Under the pieces are notes generated by a model. It was not told the origin of the DNA. It made no database searches and was given only the letters and a program-made list of their open reading frames with translations. The position numbers were made by a program, and so were the translations under genes. From positions 153,078,001 through 153,142,000 of the forward strand of contig OZ024740.1 in the NCBI GenBank assembly GCA_964016885.1: a DNA stretch of 64,000 nt. Reading direction: 5' to 3'. The stretch is from Eledone cirrhosa. Its lineage: Eukaryota. Numbering within the stretch: the first letter of the stretch is position 1; every line of letters starts with the position of its first letter. This document shows, piece by piece, positions 1-14,113 of this stretch.

Positions 1-2234
1 TGGAAAAGTACCCTTTTAATATCGAACTGCCTAAAACCATGATATAAAACTGGTCATTTTAAAATGTTTGTTTTTATATTAAAACCTTTCAGCAAATTTT
101 AGAAATTTTTATTAAGTAATGTTCTAAATATCAGCTTTCTAATTAAAAACTTGATTTATGGCTGAGAAATGTGCAAAAATCCAAACTCCATGTATGAGCT
201 AAGGCAGCTAATCAACATAATGTTTAGATGTGGTTTTTAAATTCTCACGAGTGGAGAGTATATTTATGATATTAAAAATGTCATTTAGAGTATAGATTTT
301 GATTTTTTTTTTTTTTTAAAACCAATTTCCAACCATTTTGAAGACCATATTCATTCAAAGCACAAAAAAAAAAAAGCAAAAATATCTTAACACCTCAGTT
401 ACGTAAAATTTGAAGTTGGTGAAAATTAGCAAAATACAGACCTCGAATACCCTTTTTTTACCAGCTTTTATTCTTTGTTTGTCACATTGTTGACGGCTTA
501 TATAGGTGTATAAATGGTAATTTCAAAATGTGTTGAAAGAAAATGCAATGTATTTCATTAGAAATACAGAAATGAAAGGGTTAAGCAGTGGTAAATTATG
601 TCCGCACCCTAGTTTTGAGTCTAGATTGTCCATTGCCTCTATTTACTTTCTTAATTCTGTCTGTGGAAGACATAAACAGTACCAATTTTCATTTCTTTCC
701 AATAATGGAAGTCTAATCACCTATTGAGGAATTCTGATAATTATAGGCTAAATAGACATGGTCTTTAACCGGAGTTGATGTGTGTTTGTGCAGATTATGC
801 CAGACTTTCAAACAAATGCCACAAGGCATGTAGTCTTAGATATATTCTTGGAAACAACTAGAATGTCTTTATCATAGATCTGCCAAATTATGAGTAACCT
901 GGGGCTAAATAATAATAGAACTTTTTTTTTTATTTTTTAACTATACTTTGGGTGAGTGTTGTGGTTAAAGTGTTGGACTTTCTATGCCCTAGTTAACAGT
1001 ATCAAAATCTACCACAGCTAGAACTAGTAACTTTAGACAAGATACAGTCATTGATACTCTCATTTTTAATCTAATAATCTGAACTACATTTGTAGCACTT
1101 CACTGTTGAGCTTGAATCAATGATAGCCAGACATGAATAGTTAGTTGCTTTAATAATCCTTACTTGATAATTTTCAGAAATATCAAATACATATTTTTAT
1201 GTCCCCTTTTCCATTTTGGCATGGGTTAAATCAAATTTATTGAGGCAATACTCTACAGTGGGATGCCTTTCCTAATGCCAGCCCATAATGTATCGGAGTA
1301 ATTTCATTGATCTTCATCAAACCATTAAGTTATGGCATAAAGATCACTGCTTGCTTAAATGACCCCAATGTAGAGGTATACACTGAGATAAACACATACA
1401 TATTTAAAGGATGTGCTTCTGCACAATTTCCATCTACCAAATTCACTTAAAAGGCATTAATCAGCCCTAGACTATAACAAGACATTTCCAAGGTATCACA
1501 CACTATTGCCTACACCTCATGTATGTGTTGAAAAGCATATAAAATAAGATATCTGTTAATTTGTTTAGAGATATTTACACTTATCTCCAATATCTTACTA
1601 GGTGATATTTTTATTGACACAAAATGGTTAGGATATAAAATATAAGTTACTTAGCAGAGGAGAGGCAGTAGCCTCTTGACAGGTCTTTTTAGATTTATGT
1701 GGCTGATGACACACTGTCTAAAATTTCTAGGAAAAAACCGAGGTGAGAAAGAAATCATAAGTCAGATTGAAATACTTCCAACATGGTGAACTATTAAAAA
1801 AACACCACAAACACGAGGAGATGGTGTTAAGTTGAGTGACATGTTAGGACTATTACCCAAACTAAGAAAAGCAAAATTAAATGTTATGCATTTAAATTAG
1901 ACTATGTTGTCTCAGTGACTTCCTCTGCTCTTTATGCAAGTACAATATTATTTTTACCTAGGTTGGGATTTAAGCCAGTAAATTGGCAGGGTCTTTAGAA
2001 CATTAGTTAGAATGCTTCACCATATTCATTCAAGTAAAGTGTTTAGTATGGTTCCTTGTGAGTGAATAACTACAGGGGTGGAGGAGGACATGGGTTCATC
2101 AAGTGGATTTGCTAGTTTGTTTCTTGTAATTTTGAGAATGAAATAGTATTAAATAGAATAAAAATATATGTTCTCTATTTTTTTTCTTTTTTGCTCAAAA
2201 TTTATCTTTATATACAAATGATTTTTGCTTTTTC

Positions 2235-2500
2235 TTATTGCTTGGCTGACGTGACCATGTACCCCCCCTTCTTGCCTGTTGTTCTTCATACCACCACACT
2301 TTCCCCTTAGACCAAAAAAGTCCTGGACAGCAGTTGTGAGAGCTGACCTCAAATCACAAAGGTGATGGCAAAATATTGCGATGTGTGGAGAGATGGCATG
2401 TTGAGAAGGACCCATCCAACTCATGCAAACACGATGATAATGATATATATATATATATATCGATCATTATCATCGTTTTTACATCCAGTTTTCCATGTTT
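2235..2500. mobile_element. Short RTE 3'-end fragments in both orientations around (AT)n
   Basis: Contains the RTE C-terminal and 3' tail motifs (gacccatccaac-catgc, gatgataatgat) on + and their complement on -. Confidence 0.6.
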
Positions 2501-2544
2501 GCTTGGGTACACAAGAGATGTTTGATATATATATATATCAAACA

Positions 2545-3985
2545 TCTCTTGTGTACCCAAGATTTACATTGTGTACACCATATGGAGTTTATGCTAACTC
2601 CTTTTCTACATAATGAGCAGGGCCACTTCCCTGAAGGGATCAGTGACTTATCTTCTTTCCTACTCACTAGCATTTTAGTTTTGGCTAAATTTACTCTCAG
2701 ACCTATTAATTCCAAATTCTGTTTCCATAGTCAGATCTTATTTTCTAGGTTTTTTATAGATTCAGCTATAAGGACCAAATCATCTGCATAGAGAAGTTCC
2801 CATGGACAGCCCATTTTAAACTCCTCTATTATGGCCTGGAGAACTCTGGCGAGCAACAGTGGGCTAAGAACCGAACATTGAATTCCTCACTAAACTCACT
2901 TCCTATTCTCACTTTACTGATAGCTCCTCTCTACATGGCTTGCAGTGCTTTCACCAACCATTCTTCTGCACCTAATATCCTTAAGGACCATCAGACAACA
3001 GATCAAGATACTCTGTAAAAGGACTTTTCTAGATCAACAAAAGCTAAATATAGTGGCTTACTTTTTGGCTTCTCTTGTAGTTGCTTCAGTAAGAAAAGGG
3101 CATCTGTAGTACGTTTCCTAGACATGAAACCAAACTGCATCTCATCTAATTTAACTCTTTCCCTAATTAGTTGTGCTATAACTCTTTCCATTACTTTCAT
3201 AACTTGGTCCATTAGTTTTATTCCTCTGTAGTTGCTCCTTTCTAGGGCATCTCCTTTGCTGTTGTAACAATTTATGATTGTGCTGCGGCACTAGTCATTG
3301 GATATCACTCCGTTCTGCATTACCTGATTGACTATGTGGGTTACTAGTTTGACTCCTACTTCTGCTGATACTTTTAGCATCTCAGCAACTGTTTCTGATG
3401 GTCCTACAGCTTTACCATTGATTGCTTCTTTGACCCTATAACAATCAACTTCAATAGCTGGTCCTTCTGTTGGCTATAATGGGTGTAGTTTCTCTTCCTC
3501 TCATAGTATCATTTCCAGGCCTCTTTCTTTTGGGCATCAGTGGTGGTAAGTGCACCAGCGTCATTTCTAGTATTTTTCTCCAACATCTTAATTTACACTA
3601 ACACTGCCTTGCAATGCAAAACACTTCACATCTCTGGTCCTCACATCCCAAGACAGTGGCAAATTTACTTACTTCAGCCTCTTTCCGAGCTGTGTATACC
3701 TGTCATCTAGCTTCTTTCATAGCAACTTGGTACTGATCTCTGCTACCCCCATTTTTCCAGTCTTTCCATGCCTGTCTCTTGGCATTAATGGCTCTAGCCA
3801 CTGTGCTGTTCCATCACCAGTTCACCCTCTGCCCGGCTGGCACTTTACTCCAGCCACAAGTCTCGTCAGTAGTTTGGAAAAGGTTGTCATGTAGGAATTT
3901 CCAGTTGTCTTCTACATTATATGTACCTAACTCATCACCTCTCTCATCTACTGCATCCTGTGGGGCCTTTCTAAACTGTAATGCA
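2545..3985 (-). mobile_element. Degraded RTE LINE (linker-RT-PHD region)
   Basis: Fragments MDQVMKVMERVIAQLIRERVKLDEMQFGF...LAFVDLEK and GKWPCSLCRKGV...WVHKRC are homologous to the intact RTE at 19546. Many stops and frameshifts. Confidence 0.9.
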
Positions 3986-4359
3986 ATTAAGAAAATATAA
4001 TTTAAGCTTCCACCTATGCAGGTTTAGCTGGCCTCCTATGAGGTTGCATCTCATAGGTTTCTCAAGTATTTTAATGATAGGGTTCCCAGTACATGAAACA
4101 AGTCTTGTTCAAGAACACAATGTGCCACCCAAGTCAGGAGTGAAGGTTTTATAATTTTGAATTTAACAGCCAAACCATTAAGCCACGGGCTTGCACATGT
4201 ATGTATCAGTTTGTTATTTAATTTAGTGAGAATATGTTTGTGAGAATTTAGTGAGGAAGATGGGCAAAGAAAACACTCAAAATTATATTAATAAATCAAC
4301 ATTCAACATTATTATTATTTTGTTTTGTTTTCTTTACATTAACTTGTTAGTGTTGGATG

Positions 4360-4740
4360 AGATGTCTTGTTCTGGTGCTTAGCATACCAGTATAAATCAC
4401 ACTGTGGCTGACGTGGGTGGTGGACTTAATCTGTCTCCCAGTTTAACACCACCACTGGGTTTTTTTGCACCTTTAATGGAATCCATTCTGTTGTAAACAT
4501 TTGGACAAGGTTTCTTAGAGTAAAGATTTGCTTTAGGCTGCAGTCTAGAGTACTTAACATTCTAATAGAGCAGTAGTTCATAATCTTTTCAAACAGAACC
4601 CAGTCAGGTTGTTGTGTAGACTCCTTTGTAGACCACCAGAGGGTCCACCAATCAAAGGTTGGTAAGTGCTGTAGTGGAGCATTAATAGCCACTGAAAGTT
4701 TAAAAAGTAGAGTCTTTTAAAGTCTACAACTCCTGTTCTC
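4360..4740 (-). mobile_element. Old LINE RT fragment
   Basis: Y-x-x-I-x-x-L-S and QIFTLRNL RT-like motifs in ORF 4426-4692. Heavily decayed. Confidence 0.45.
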
Positions 4741-4880
4741 ATCAAGTTAATGCTGATTTTTTAAAACCTAGACACAATAAAACACCATATGAGTTGGTAA
4801 TCAACAATATTTTCACTAAGCATGCAGTTGAATAATTTATATAAATATATCTGAAATATTTTCCAGCAGTTTATACTCAC

Positions 4881-4989
4881 AGTTCCACCAACTATTCTGC
4901 CTAAAGGATACCAGGCACGGTCATCAAACCAATTAAGGAAATTGTAGAACCCATTACTGACCATGTAATGAGTTGACCGGTAATTAAAC
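4881..4989 (-). CDS. STT3B: STT3B coding exon 2
   Basis: Acceptor ttgttgtAG|G and donor ACT|GTGAGT. The 109-nt exon encodes (W)[36 protein letters not shown]. Its first G completes the Trp codon split from exon 1 (TG+G). Confidence 0.93.
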
Positions 4990-5049
4990 CTACAACAATA
5001 ATAAAAAGTATTAAGTAATAAACAATTTTTTAAATAATACATTATATAC

Positions 5050-5750
5050 AACACTTCATTATCCATCTCCATCCAAGAGTAGTCTCTTCTCTTGCATACT
5101 CCAGCTAATTTCTCCCAGTTCACTTGTGTTCCATCTTTCATGAATGCTGACATTACACATCTAATAGAGAAAACTTGCCTCATTCTTTTCAGCTTTTGCT
5201 CATCCTCTGCATTCAATGCCCATATTTTGCTCTCATGTAATAACATACTTGTGTTTACAAGTTCCTTAGAATCCCCTCTTCACTTAGAGATAGAATAATT
5301 TTGTTGCCAGCTGAGGTAAAAGCTCCCTCAACTTTTTCTAACCCATTCTTAGTCTGGCAACTATGGATTCAGAACACCTACCCCCACTGTTGATTATGTC
5401 ATCTAGGTTACAAAAGTTTTCAAGTACTTTTAGGAAGCCTTCTGAGCATTTGAAAGAATTAATTTTATGGGCGTTTTACTGCTAACTATTCCTGTACATC
5501 TGCTACATGTGAAGTCCTCCTTCTCTGTCAACCTGCCTGTGATCCTATTACATCTTTCATGCATCCATAGTTTACATTTTGTAAGCAGTATAGAATGAAT
5601 TCCTAACTACACCATACCTATATAACATTTATGGTCATTTCCCATATGGAAGTAGAGTTCTGTGTTCTTTCTTGTTTCTAAGGCATTTGTCTTCACGGGT
5701 TTTACTTTCATTTTCTCTTCTGGCTAAGTATACCTGATGTCTAGCTTTTC
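5050..5750 (-). mobile_element. Degraded RTE LINE C-terminal fragment immediately upstream of the exon 2 acceptor
   Basis: [15 protein letters not shown] matches MLHGSETWAL; remnants of the Cys-rich finger and of ARRQVYLARR are present. Confidence 0.8.
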
Positions 5751-8099
5751 TTAGAGCAAACTTATTTTATTCATTTCTACATTTTTCTATTCTTTTCATG
5801 CCCGTTTCTCTACTTTTATGGCTCTATTTAGCTTGCCCTTCCACCTGAATTCTTGCTTCAGCTACAGACCTAGCTTCTGGCTGACAGTAGGCTATTATCT
5901 TGTAGAAACATCCATTATATTATACACACATGCACATTTTGATGTAGAAATAGAAGAAGGCATATTCAATAAATGTAGAATTTATAAATGTTTGATATTG
6001 AAGATTTAATTGATGACTACTCAGTTTTTCAGGAGAAACTGAGTAGCAACAAAGTGAATCACCAGTTTCAAATGCAAGGTGATTGATGTTAGGAAGGACA
6101 TCCAGCTATAGAAACCATATCAAATATGGAACATATGAGCTAGATGAAGTTTCTCTAACCAATCAAGTCTTAGACTGTGACAACCTGTCCAACTATGCCA
6201 GCAAGGAAGGTGGATGTAACACAACAATGACAATGATATATCAAGTAAACAATTTTTACAAATAGTTGGAGGAAACGGGGAAATAAATAGAATGACTGAA
6301 GTCAGTGCTCCAGCATGATTCCTATTCAAAATTAGATTTATGGTGGAATTAAAAATTAAATGAAAGAAGTTATAGTTTTGTGGGCAATACATTAGATGAA
6401 GATAAAAAAAATATTGTGAGTGATCAGCTTATAATATTAGTATATTGATAGTGACTGTTTTCTTGGAAGTTTCACCAAAGTTATTAGCATTTCAAAACAA
6501 GATTAGATTATATAGGAAATTACAAAAACAAAATACAATGCTAAGTTAACCAAAATAGTATTCATTTTCAATGTTGTAAGATGGTGTATGTGTGTAGATA
6601 TAGATCTGTAACTTCTGATGGGGTCATAAGGCTGCCATCATGACATACATGCCTTGGACATTTTTAAAACCTGGTGGAGTCATCCATATCCGGGTTTGAA
6701 CATAGAAAGAGAGAGGGAGAGAGAGAGAGAAGGGAAGTAAGAAAGAGATACAGATTGCAAATCAACTCCAGTACCAAACTGGTACATTTTTATCAACCTT
6801 GGAACATTAAAAGACAAAGTTGATCATGGTAGGATTTGAACTTAGAGCACAGAGAGCCAGAACGAATACTGCAAGGCATTCAGTCTAACATTCTGCCAAT
6901 TTGCAGCCTGTAAGATGGTGCTTAATACCAAATGTGATAGTAACAAAATTATCATTAGTTCTGATAAATAAAATGCATTAAGCTGATAAAGAACTATTTT
7001 CATGTTTCCCTCATAAACACACATTTTTGAAAATAACAAAAATTTGGAGAGATTTAGTGATATGAACGTAACAAATTTTCTCATTAAGTTGGCGTTTAGA
7101 ACATAATATTTTTCTTCTTCTTCGCCCACTTATTCCTGAGAGGATCATAGGGGCAGAATCCTCAAACACTTCTTCCAGCAGTTGCCCACTTATATCGCAA
7201 CTAGCCATCATATCTGGTGGCTGTATAACTATCCGCCACCTGCAACCCAGTCTATAACAAAACAGCTCTGCCAAGAGGGAACATAATATAAACATCTCAA
7301 AAGAAACAGCTTTGTATCGTAGAACCAGGTTAAGTCTCAGACTGTTTGTTATCTGAGAGAGGGGGAGAGAAAGAATTTGTGTGAGAGAGTGTTTGTGTCT
7401 GCACATGCATAGCTAGAGGTAAAAATATAATGATAGGCAGGTTAATTTAGATAAAAAGACACTCGTAACACAATTAATAAAACAAAGTTCAAAGAAAACC
7501 TAAAAGGTTAAAAAATATTGAGTTTTTTTCTGTGGATGGTAATAATGAAGATAAAAACTTAGAATAATGAGGAAAGACTAAGAAGATCACAGGTAATGTT
7601 GGATTATATAAAAATTATTTGCTCTAAATTTAAAGTGGTATTTTTATATCTTGTTTCTACAGCAGTCACAAAATTACCCAGTAATCCTTTATCAGTTGTT
7701 ATCACAATGTTCTGTCAGTAATTAGAAACCCTTCACCACTGCTGTCTAATGACTTTTATTATTAACACACAAATTGTTATCACAGTGTTCTGTCAGTAAC
7801 TAGAAGCCCTTCACCACTGCTCTCCAATTACTGTTATAATTACCTCTCAAAAGCAGTTTATAACATTTGGTGAAGTGGCAGAGTCATTAAAGTGTAGGAC
7901 AAAATACCATATGGTTATCTTTTTTGGCTCTCCATGCTGTTTTCAAATCCTACCAAGTTCAATTTTGTCTATTATCCATCCAAGCTCAATAAAATAAAGT
8001 AGCAGCCTGAGCAATGAGAGACTGGTAGGATTGTTAAGGTATCAGAGAAGATACATTGCTGTATTTGCACCACTGTGACATACTTAGATGGTATATCTA

Positions 8100-8600
8100 A
8101 ACTATCACCGGGTTTGCACAGCTTTGTGGATAGGGTATTGAGCTTTTCTCCTTCACCCACTTAATCTTGGGAGAGTCATGGGGACAGAGTCCTCAAGCAC
8201 GCTGTCCAGTAGGCCCTGTCAGAAGCAACCATCTCCGATTGATCTGGCTGGATCCCCAAGCGAGACCAGCTGAGCTTATGAATGTTATTCAACCATCCTG
8301 CTCAGGATCTACCCCTGGGTCTCCTGCTGGTTGGCTTTGAATGTAAAATCTGACCAGCAATTCATTCCTAAGACATTCTATCCATATGTCTGTAATATCG
8401 GAGCTGTGATCTCTCAATTTGGAGAAGTAGTGGCACTACCTGGAGTGACTCTGATCTCTGAGCTATACACTTTATCAAGTAACATTACTCCAAAGACCCT
8501 TCAGAGGAACAACTTCTCTAATTAAGGCTTTTAACATCTCCGAACAAATTACATCCTCCCCAGAAGCTTTGCCACATTTAAGCTCTTTAATTGCTTTTGT
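8100..8600 (-). mobile_element. Old RTE-clade LINE 3' fragment (same family as 35990-36990)
   Basis: Shares runs with 36050-36370 (ccagctgagct, caaccatc, gtgatctctcaatt, gtaa-ttactccaaa). Confidence 0.55.
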
Positions 8601-9194
8601 GACCTCAGCCGCAATGAGGTTAGTCATTACTCCTAGATGCAGTTCATGTACATCAGAAGATATTGTGATCGGGTTTAGGAGATCAGTTTAGGACCTAGCA
8701 AGGATGCACCTCTCTGAAGAGAGAACCACAGATGCATTCCTGATAGCAGGTGTGGTGGAGGACTTATTACAAAGTTAGTCGATAGTCTGCCAGAATATCT
8801 TATTTGCTGGTCTGAAGTTGGATTCTGGCTTAACCTCAAAGTCTTAACTTTGGACACCTTTATTGTATCTGCTTAATTGAATCAAGGGCTCCTCCAGCCA
8901 CCCGGCACCACACCAAGCCACTTTTGCCCACAGCATTTAACAGCTGAAGCAGAAACTACCAAACTGAACAGTCAGCACTCTGTTTCAACGTCTTCAGTTT
9001 GCTCAGAGTATTCTCTGAATTTGGATGCAATAGTATCTGCATACCTGGTTCTGACTTCCTTATCTGCCAGCGCTTCCCACTTTATTCAGTAGGTTGACTG
9101 GACTTGCTAGTTTTGTGGGGTTTCTTGATTTTAGATAATCTCTGGTTGCAGATAACTAAACAGTGATCAATTGATAGCTCAGCCTCTCTCTTAA

Positions 9195-9748
9195 TTGACC
9201 GCCTGGAAACTGTTCAGAGATGTGCAACCAAGCGCATACCCTCCATCAGACACCTACCATACTCTGAACGCCTTGCTTCCCTGGGCATGGATTCATTGAA
9301 GCTCCAACGTCTGGCAATGGACTTGGTAACCACTCACAAATTTATTAACCATCTCACCAACAACAACCCTGAGCACCTTTTTGATCTCCATGTGTCTAAC
9401 ACATGTGGACATGCCTACAAAATCAGAAAACAGCACACCTCCCATGACTTTCGGAAACATTTTTTCACGCTTAGAGTTGCTGAAGCATGGAACAAACTGC
9501 CTGCGTCAGTTGTTAGCTGCCGAGACACTGCATCCTTTAAGACACTCCTGCTTCCCGAAATACGCCAAAACTACACTTGATGTACTCCTTCCATACACAT
9601 GCACACGTGTGTATATCATGACTCATGCACTGTTCATTTTCCTGACGTTTGTACATTACCCTATGTACTATACATACACTTTTTGATGAGTTGTAGTGCA
9701 CCTGAGCACTGTACACAATATTTCATTATTATTATTATTATTATTATT
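9195..9748 (+). mobile_element. CR1 LINE 3' fragment with (TAT)n tail
   Basis: Encodes ...GHAYKIRKQHTSHDFRKHFFTLRVAEAWNKLP..., closely similar to the 3' end of the CR1 at 63540-63926. Confidence 0.92.
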
Positions 9749-10756
9749 AACACAAACATCCATCACAGAATTAAAGAGATCAGAGACAATAACAAAATTA
9801 ATTATTGATCTGTCCCCAACTCCCCTTATACTATGTGTATTTATGGATGCCTTTGAGTTGGAAGGGGTTCATAATAGAGAGTCCATTACTAGAACAGACG
9901 TCTAAGGTTTCTCCATGTCAGGTTGTCAGTGCCTACATGTGCATTGAAGTCTCCTATTAAGATATATGACTATGTTTTAACTACATCTAATGCTGCAGTA
10001 ACTTCAAGGAAGAAACTGTATTCAAACTTTTTGTTTGCTGCATAAACTTGCACCAAAACCTATCTTTCAGCCTAAACTTCAAATCCACCCTCCTTGGGTT
10101 CTTGAGATATGCAACCATTGTGCATCCCTCCAACGCCTCCCAAGATAGGTTGCAGGCCCATCACCAGTTCTTGCAGCTTTTGATAGAGACTGAAATATAT
10201 TTTTTGAACTGACCCCTCTACCTAAGGCCTGAATGCGTCCCTTGTTATCCCGTGCAGTATAATTGCCTTTATTGTTTTTTGTCATTTTGCAGTGTTTTGG
10301 TGGTCTCATTCAAGCCAGTCACCAATTTGGTACTTTTCTCAGGCCTGCAGAGACTAGGCTTTTTTAGAGGCAGCCTTTACTCACCTCGTCATAACTACAT
10401 TGGGTTGTGAGAGTTATCTTGGGAGCTAACAGTGTCACTTATTGTCCTCCCTTTCCTAGTAGTTTACCGCTATTGGTCAGGGGTTGCTTATTCGTCCGAC
10501 AGGTGGTCACATTGTTATCTGCCACCAGTGACCCATTCTCTAGCTCATAATTGTAAATAATAGGTTTGCTTTTCAGACTAAGAAGCAACTTGACAAAGTG
10601 TATAGGGCACATTTTATTGCGGCACAAGCACTAGAGAGGTTCTCAAACTGTGACGTGTTTGAAGAGAACTCTCTTGAAAATTACAATATATTTTATCTCT
10701 GAAATCATTATCTATTCCCATTTACCCAACAAATAACATATCTTACTTCTGAATAA

Positions 10757-10789
<33 letters not shown>

Positions 10790-10794
10790 CATAT

Positions 10795-13700
10795 AAGGAG
10801 GTCGATGTTTGTTGTATTCAAGAGACCAGGTGGAGGGGTGGGTCTGCTAGATTCATTGAGGGTAAAAAACGATGTTATAAGCTTTTCTGGGTGGGAAACG
10901 ACGATGGGCTGGGTGGAGTAGGAATCATGGTAGCAGAAAAGTGGGCAGATAAGATAATAGACGTAAATAGAGTGAACGACAGAATAATTAAAATACGACT
11001 TGTCCTCAATAGAACTACGGTGACAGTAATATCTGCGTACGCACCCCAATCCGGACTGCCCGGCACTATAAAAGACAGATTCTATGAGACACTGATGCTA
11101 ACTACCTCCCAAATATCCGACAGTGACTATATAATTATTGCAGGCGACCTAAATGGTCATGTTGCACAACATTGTGACGGCTACGACGAAATCCATGGAG
11201 GCTATGGGTTTGGTACTAGAAATGAGGAAGGCTCCAGAATCCTGGAATTCTGTGATGCAAATAACCTAACTATCTGTAACACTAACTTCAAAAAACGTGA
11301 CAATCACCTGATCACCTATAGATCCGGGGAACACACAAGCCAGGTAGATTATATCCTTACCAGAAGACGTGACAGAGTGTCTGTTGTAAACACTAAATCC
11401 CTCCCCCATGAAGAATGCACCTCCCAACATAGACTGATAATTAGCGACCTCATAGTCAGGACGAGACGTACTCGACAGCAGAAGAGGACTATCCTCAGGA
11501 GAAAAATATGGAAGCTAAAGGACCCCACAGCCAGGAATAAATTTCAAAGCATATTACTTGATGCTTTCGACAGTAAGGAAGAACATTTAGAGTCGGACAA
11601 TATAGAGGGAGAGTGGGAATTTCTGAAAGCAAACCTGCTGTTGGCGACAGACGAAGTCTGTGGCTGGAGCAGGCCTGTAGGCAGGAGGAGAGTAACATGG
11701 TGGTGGAACAGTAAGGTGGAGGGGTCAATTAAGGCCAAAAAGCAGGCTTGGAAAGTATGGCGGGATGGGGGAAGTAGAGAAGACTATCAAGTGGCCAGGA
11801 GGGAAGCTGAGGAAAGAAAGTTCAAGCATGTTCTACAACGCGATGACCAAAAACGTGAGGTGTTCAGGATTGCTAGGCAATGCGTCAAGGAAAACCGTGA
11901 TATTGTCGGGGAGAAGTGTGTACTAAACGATGATGGCACACTTGCCATCACCGACGCTGATAAGAAGGTAGCTTGGAAGTGTCACTATGAAAGGCTACTA
12001 AATGAGGAGAATAAATGGGAGAAAGACAGTCTCCCCCATATCGACCCAATAGAGGGACCAGCAGTGTTAGTCGAGGGGAGTATAATAAGTAAGGCAATCA
12101 AGGATATGAAGATGGGTAAGGCGGCTGGGCCTTCGGAAATAGTTGCTGAGATGCTGAAGGCATCTGGCACGGTGGGACACACCATGGTCACCCGCATAGT
12201 TAACCAAGTCGTACAGAATTGGGTTGTTCCGAAGGACTGGCATAGCAGCATCATCGTTAACTGTTATAAGGGTAAAGGAGACGCCCTAGATAGGAGTAAC
12301 TATAGAGGCATTAAATTAATCGACCAGGTCATGAAGGTCACGGAAAAAGTAATAGCACAACTAATCAGAGAGAGAATTGACCTAGATGAAATGCAGTTCG
12401 GGTTTGTGTCAGGCAAAAGTACCACAGACGCTCTTTTCATTGTACGACAACTACAGGAGAAGTATCTAGCTAAAGGTAAACCCCTCTACTTAGCTTTTGT
12501 CGACTTGGAGAAAGCCTTCGACAGAGTCCCCCGCTCCATTATCTGGTGGGCTCTTAGAAAACTAGGTGTTGACGAATGGCTTGTGAGAGCTATACAAGCC
12601 AGGTTTTAAAGAAACAGTCAGCAAGGTTAGAATTAACAACGAATATAGTGAAGAGTTTAGCGTAAAAGTTGGCGTCCATCAGGGCTCTGTTCTCAGCCCC
12701 CTACTATTTATTATTGCCCTGCAGGCTATAACAGAGGAGTTCAAGACCGGCTGCCCATGGGAACTCCTATACGCAGACGACCTGACACTCATAGCGGAAT
12801 CAATGGCCGAGCTAGAGAAGAAATTCCAAACATGGAAGCACGGCCTAGAATCAAAAGGCCTTAAAATTAACCTGGCTAAGACTAAAGTTCTAGTTTGTAG
12901 GAAAGAAAATAAGGCGGCGGTCCCTTCTGGGAAATGGTCGTGCTCTGTGTGTAGGAAAGGCGTAGGTAGAAACTCCATTTTATGTCCTAAATGCAAAGTA
13001 TGGGTGCATAAAAGATGTAGTGGAATCACAGGTAAGCTAACTAAGAACATAGATTTTACATGTGGCCGGTGCTCTGGTGCAATAAGTAGCAGCAAGTGCC
13101 CACAAAATACTAGCTCTTTCAATTGCGCAGAGGGTTCTATAGAAATAGTGGACAGTTTCCGTTACCTGGGTGATAAAATCAGCAGTGGGGAAGGGTGCTC
13201 TGAAAGTACAGTAGCTAGAGTCAGAACTGGTTGGAAAAAGTTCAGAGAGCTTATACCACTATTAGCTGCTAAAGGGTTCTCCCTAAAAATGAAAGGCAGG
13301 TTGTACGATGCCTGCATACGAACAGCAATGTTGCATGGCAGTGAGACCTGGGCATTGTGTGCAGAGGATATACGCAGACTAGAGAGGAACGAAGCTTGCA
13401 TGCTCCGCTGGATGTGTAACAGTAATATACGTGAACGGCAAAGCATAAACGAACTAAGGAAAAAATTAGAAATAAGAGGGATCAGATGTTGTTTACTCGA
13501 GAGAAGGCTACGTTGGTATGGACACGTGATGCGCATGAAAGTCGATAGCTGTATAACAAAGTGCAGGGCAATAAAGATAGACGGTAGCCACGGAATAGGC
13601 AGACCTAGAAAAACCTGGGACGAGCTGATAAACTCCGACCTCACACACTTACACCTCTCCAAGACAATGTCACTGGACCGAGACCGTTGGCGGTACTCAG

Positions 13701-14113
13701 TAACAGAGAAGACCCGCCTTACCTAAATACATAGTAAAACCTACTACAGCCAGTAGGCATCTCTAACAAAATACCCCCCCCCCCCCCCCCGTCCCACCAC
13801 CCCCACCCCGTTCTATGTAAAGTTATGTTGGTGCCACAACATCCAGGCCGAAACAAATGAGATCGTGTAGGTGTCACGACAAAAAAACACACAGTCCACG
13901 CTGTAATGTGGCCGTGTAGGCAACACAGTAAAAACCTCCCAGACCCACACTGTAAATGTGGTTGGTGTTAGGAAGGGCATCCAACTGTAGAAAACCTGCC
14001 AGACAGTCCTATGCGAGCAAGACAATCACTCTTGCTTCAAGTGGGACTACCCCCGTCCAAACCCATGCAAGCGTGGAACACGGACGTTAAACGTTGATGA
14101 TGATGATGATGAT
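10795..14113 (+). mobile_element. Near-full-length RTE LINE, frameshifted (APE-RT-PHD-like), with 3'UTR and (GAT)n tail
   Basis: ORFs 10891-12609 and 12803-13726 are collinear with the 1002-aa RTE. Frameshifts near 10875 and 12600, plus an 11-aa deletion. Starts right after (TA)n and ends ggacgttaaacgtt(gat)n. Confidence 0.95.

Noticed and set aside
155-305. Inverted similarity to 19180-19355 as the ends of one giant element
   Set aside because: The copies are diverged and have no TSD or termini. They are best explained as two copies of a dispersed repeat.
1-4880. STT3B exon 3 (expected to begin VYPGLM)
   Set aside because: I found no matching minus-strand sequence by eye. It is probably beyond the left edge of the window.
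4761-5246. 161-aa ORF as a single protein
   Set aside because: It is chance read-through of an RTE remnant into STT3B exon 2. Splice sites delimit only 4881-4989.
2545-5750. One RTE split by, or having captured, exon 2
   Set aside because: The two fragments are not collinear: the upstream one encodes the C-terminus. They are separate insertions.
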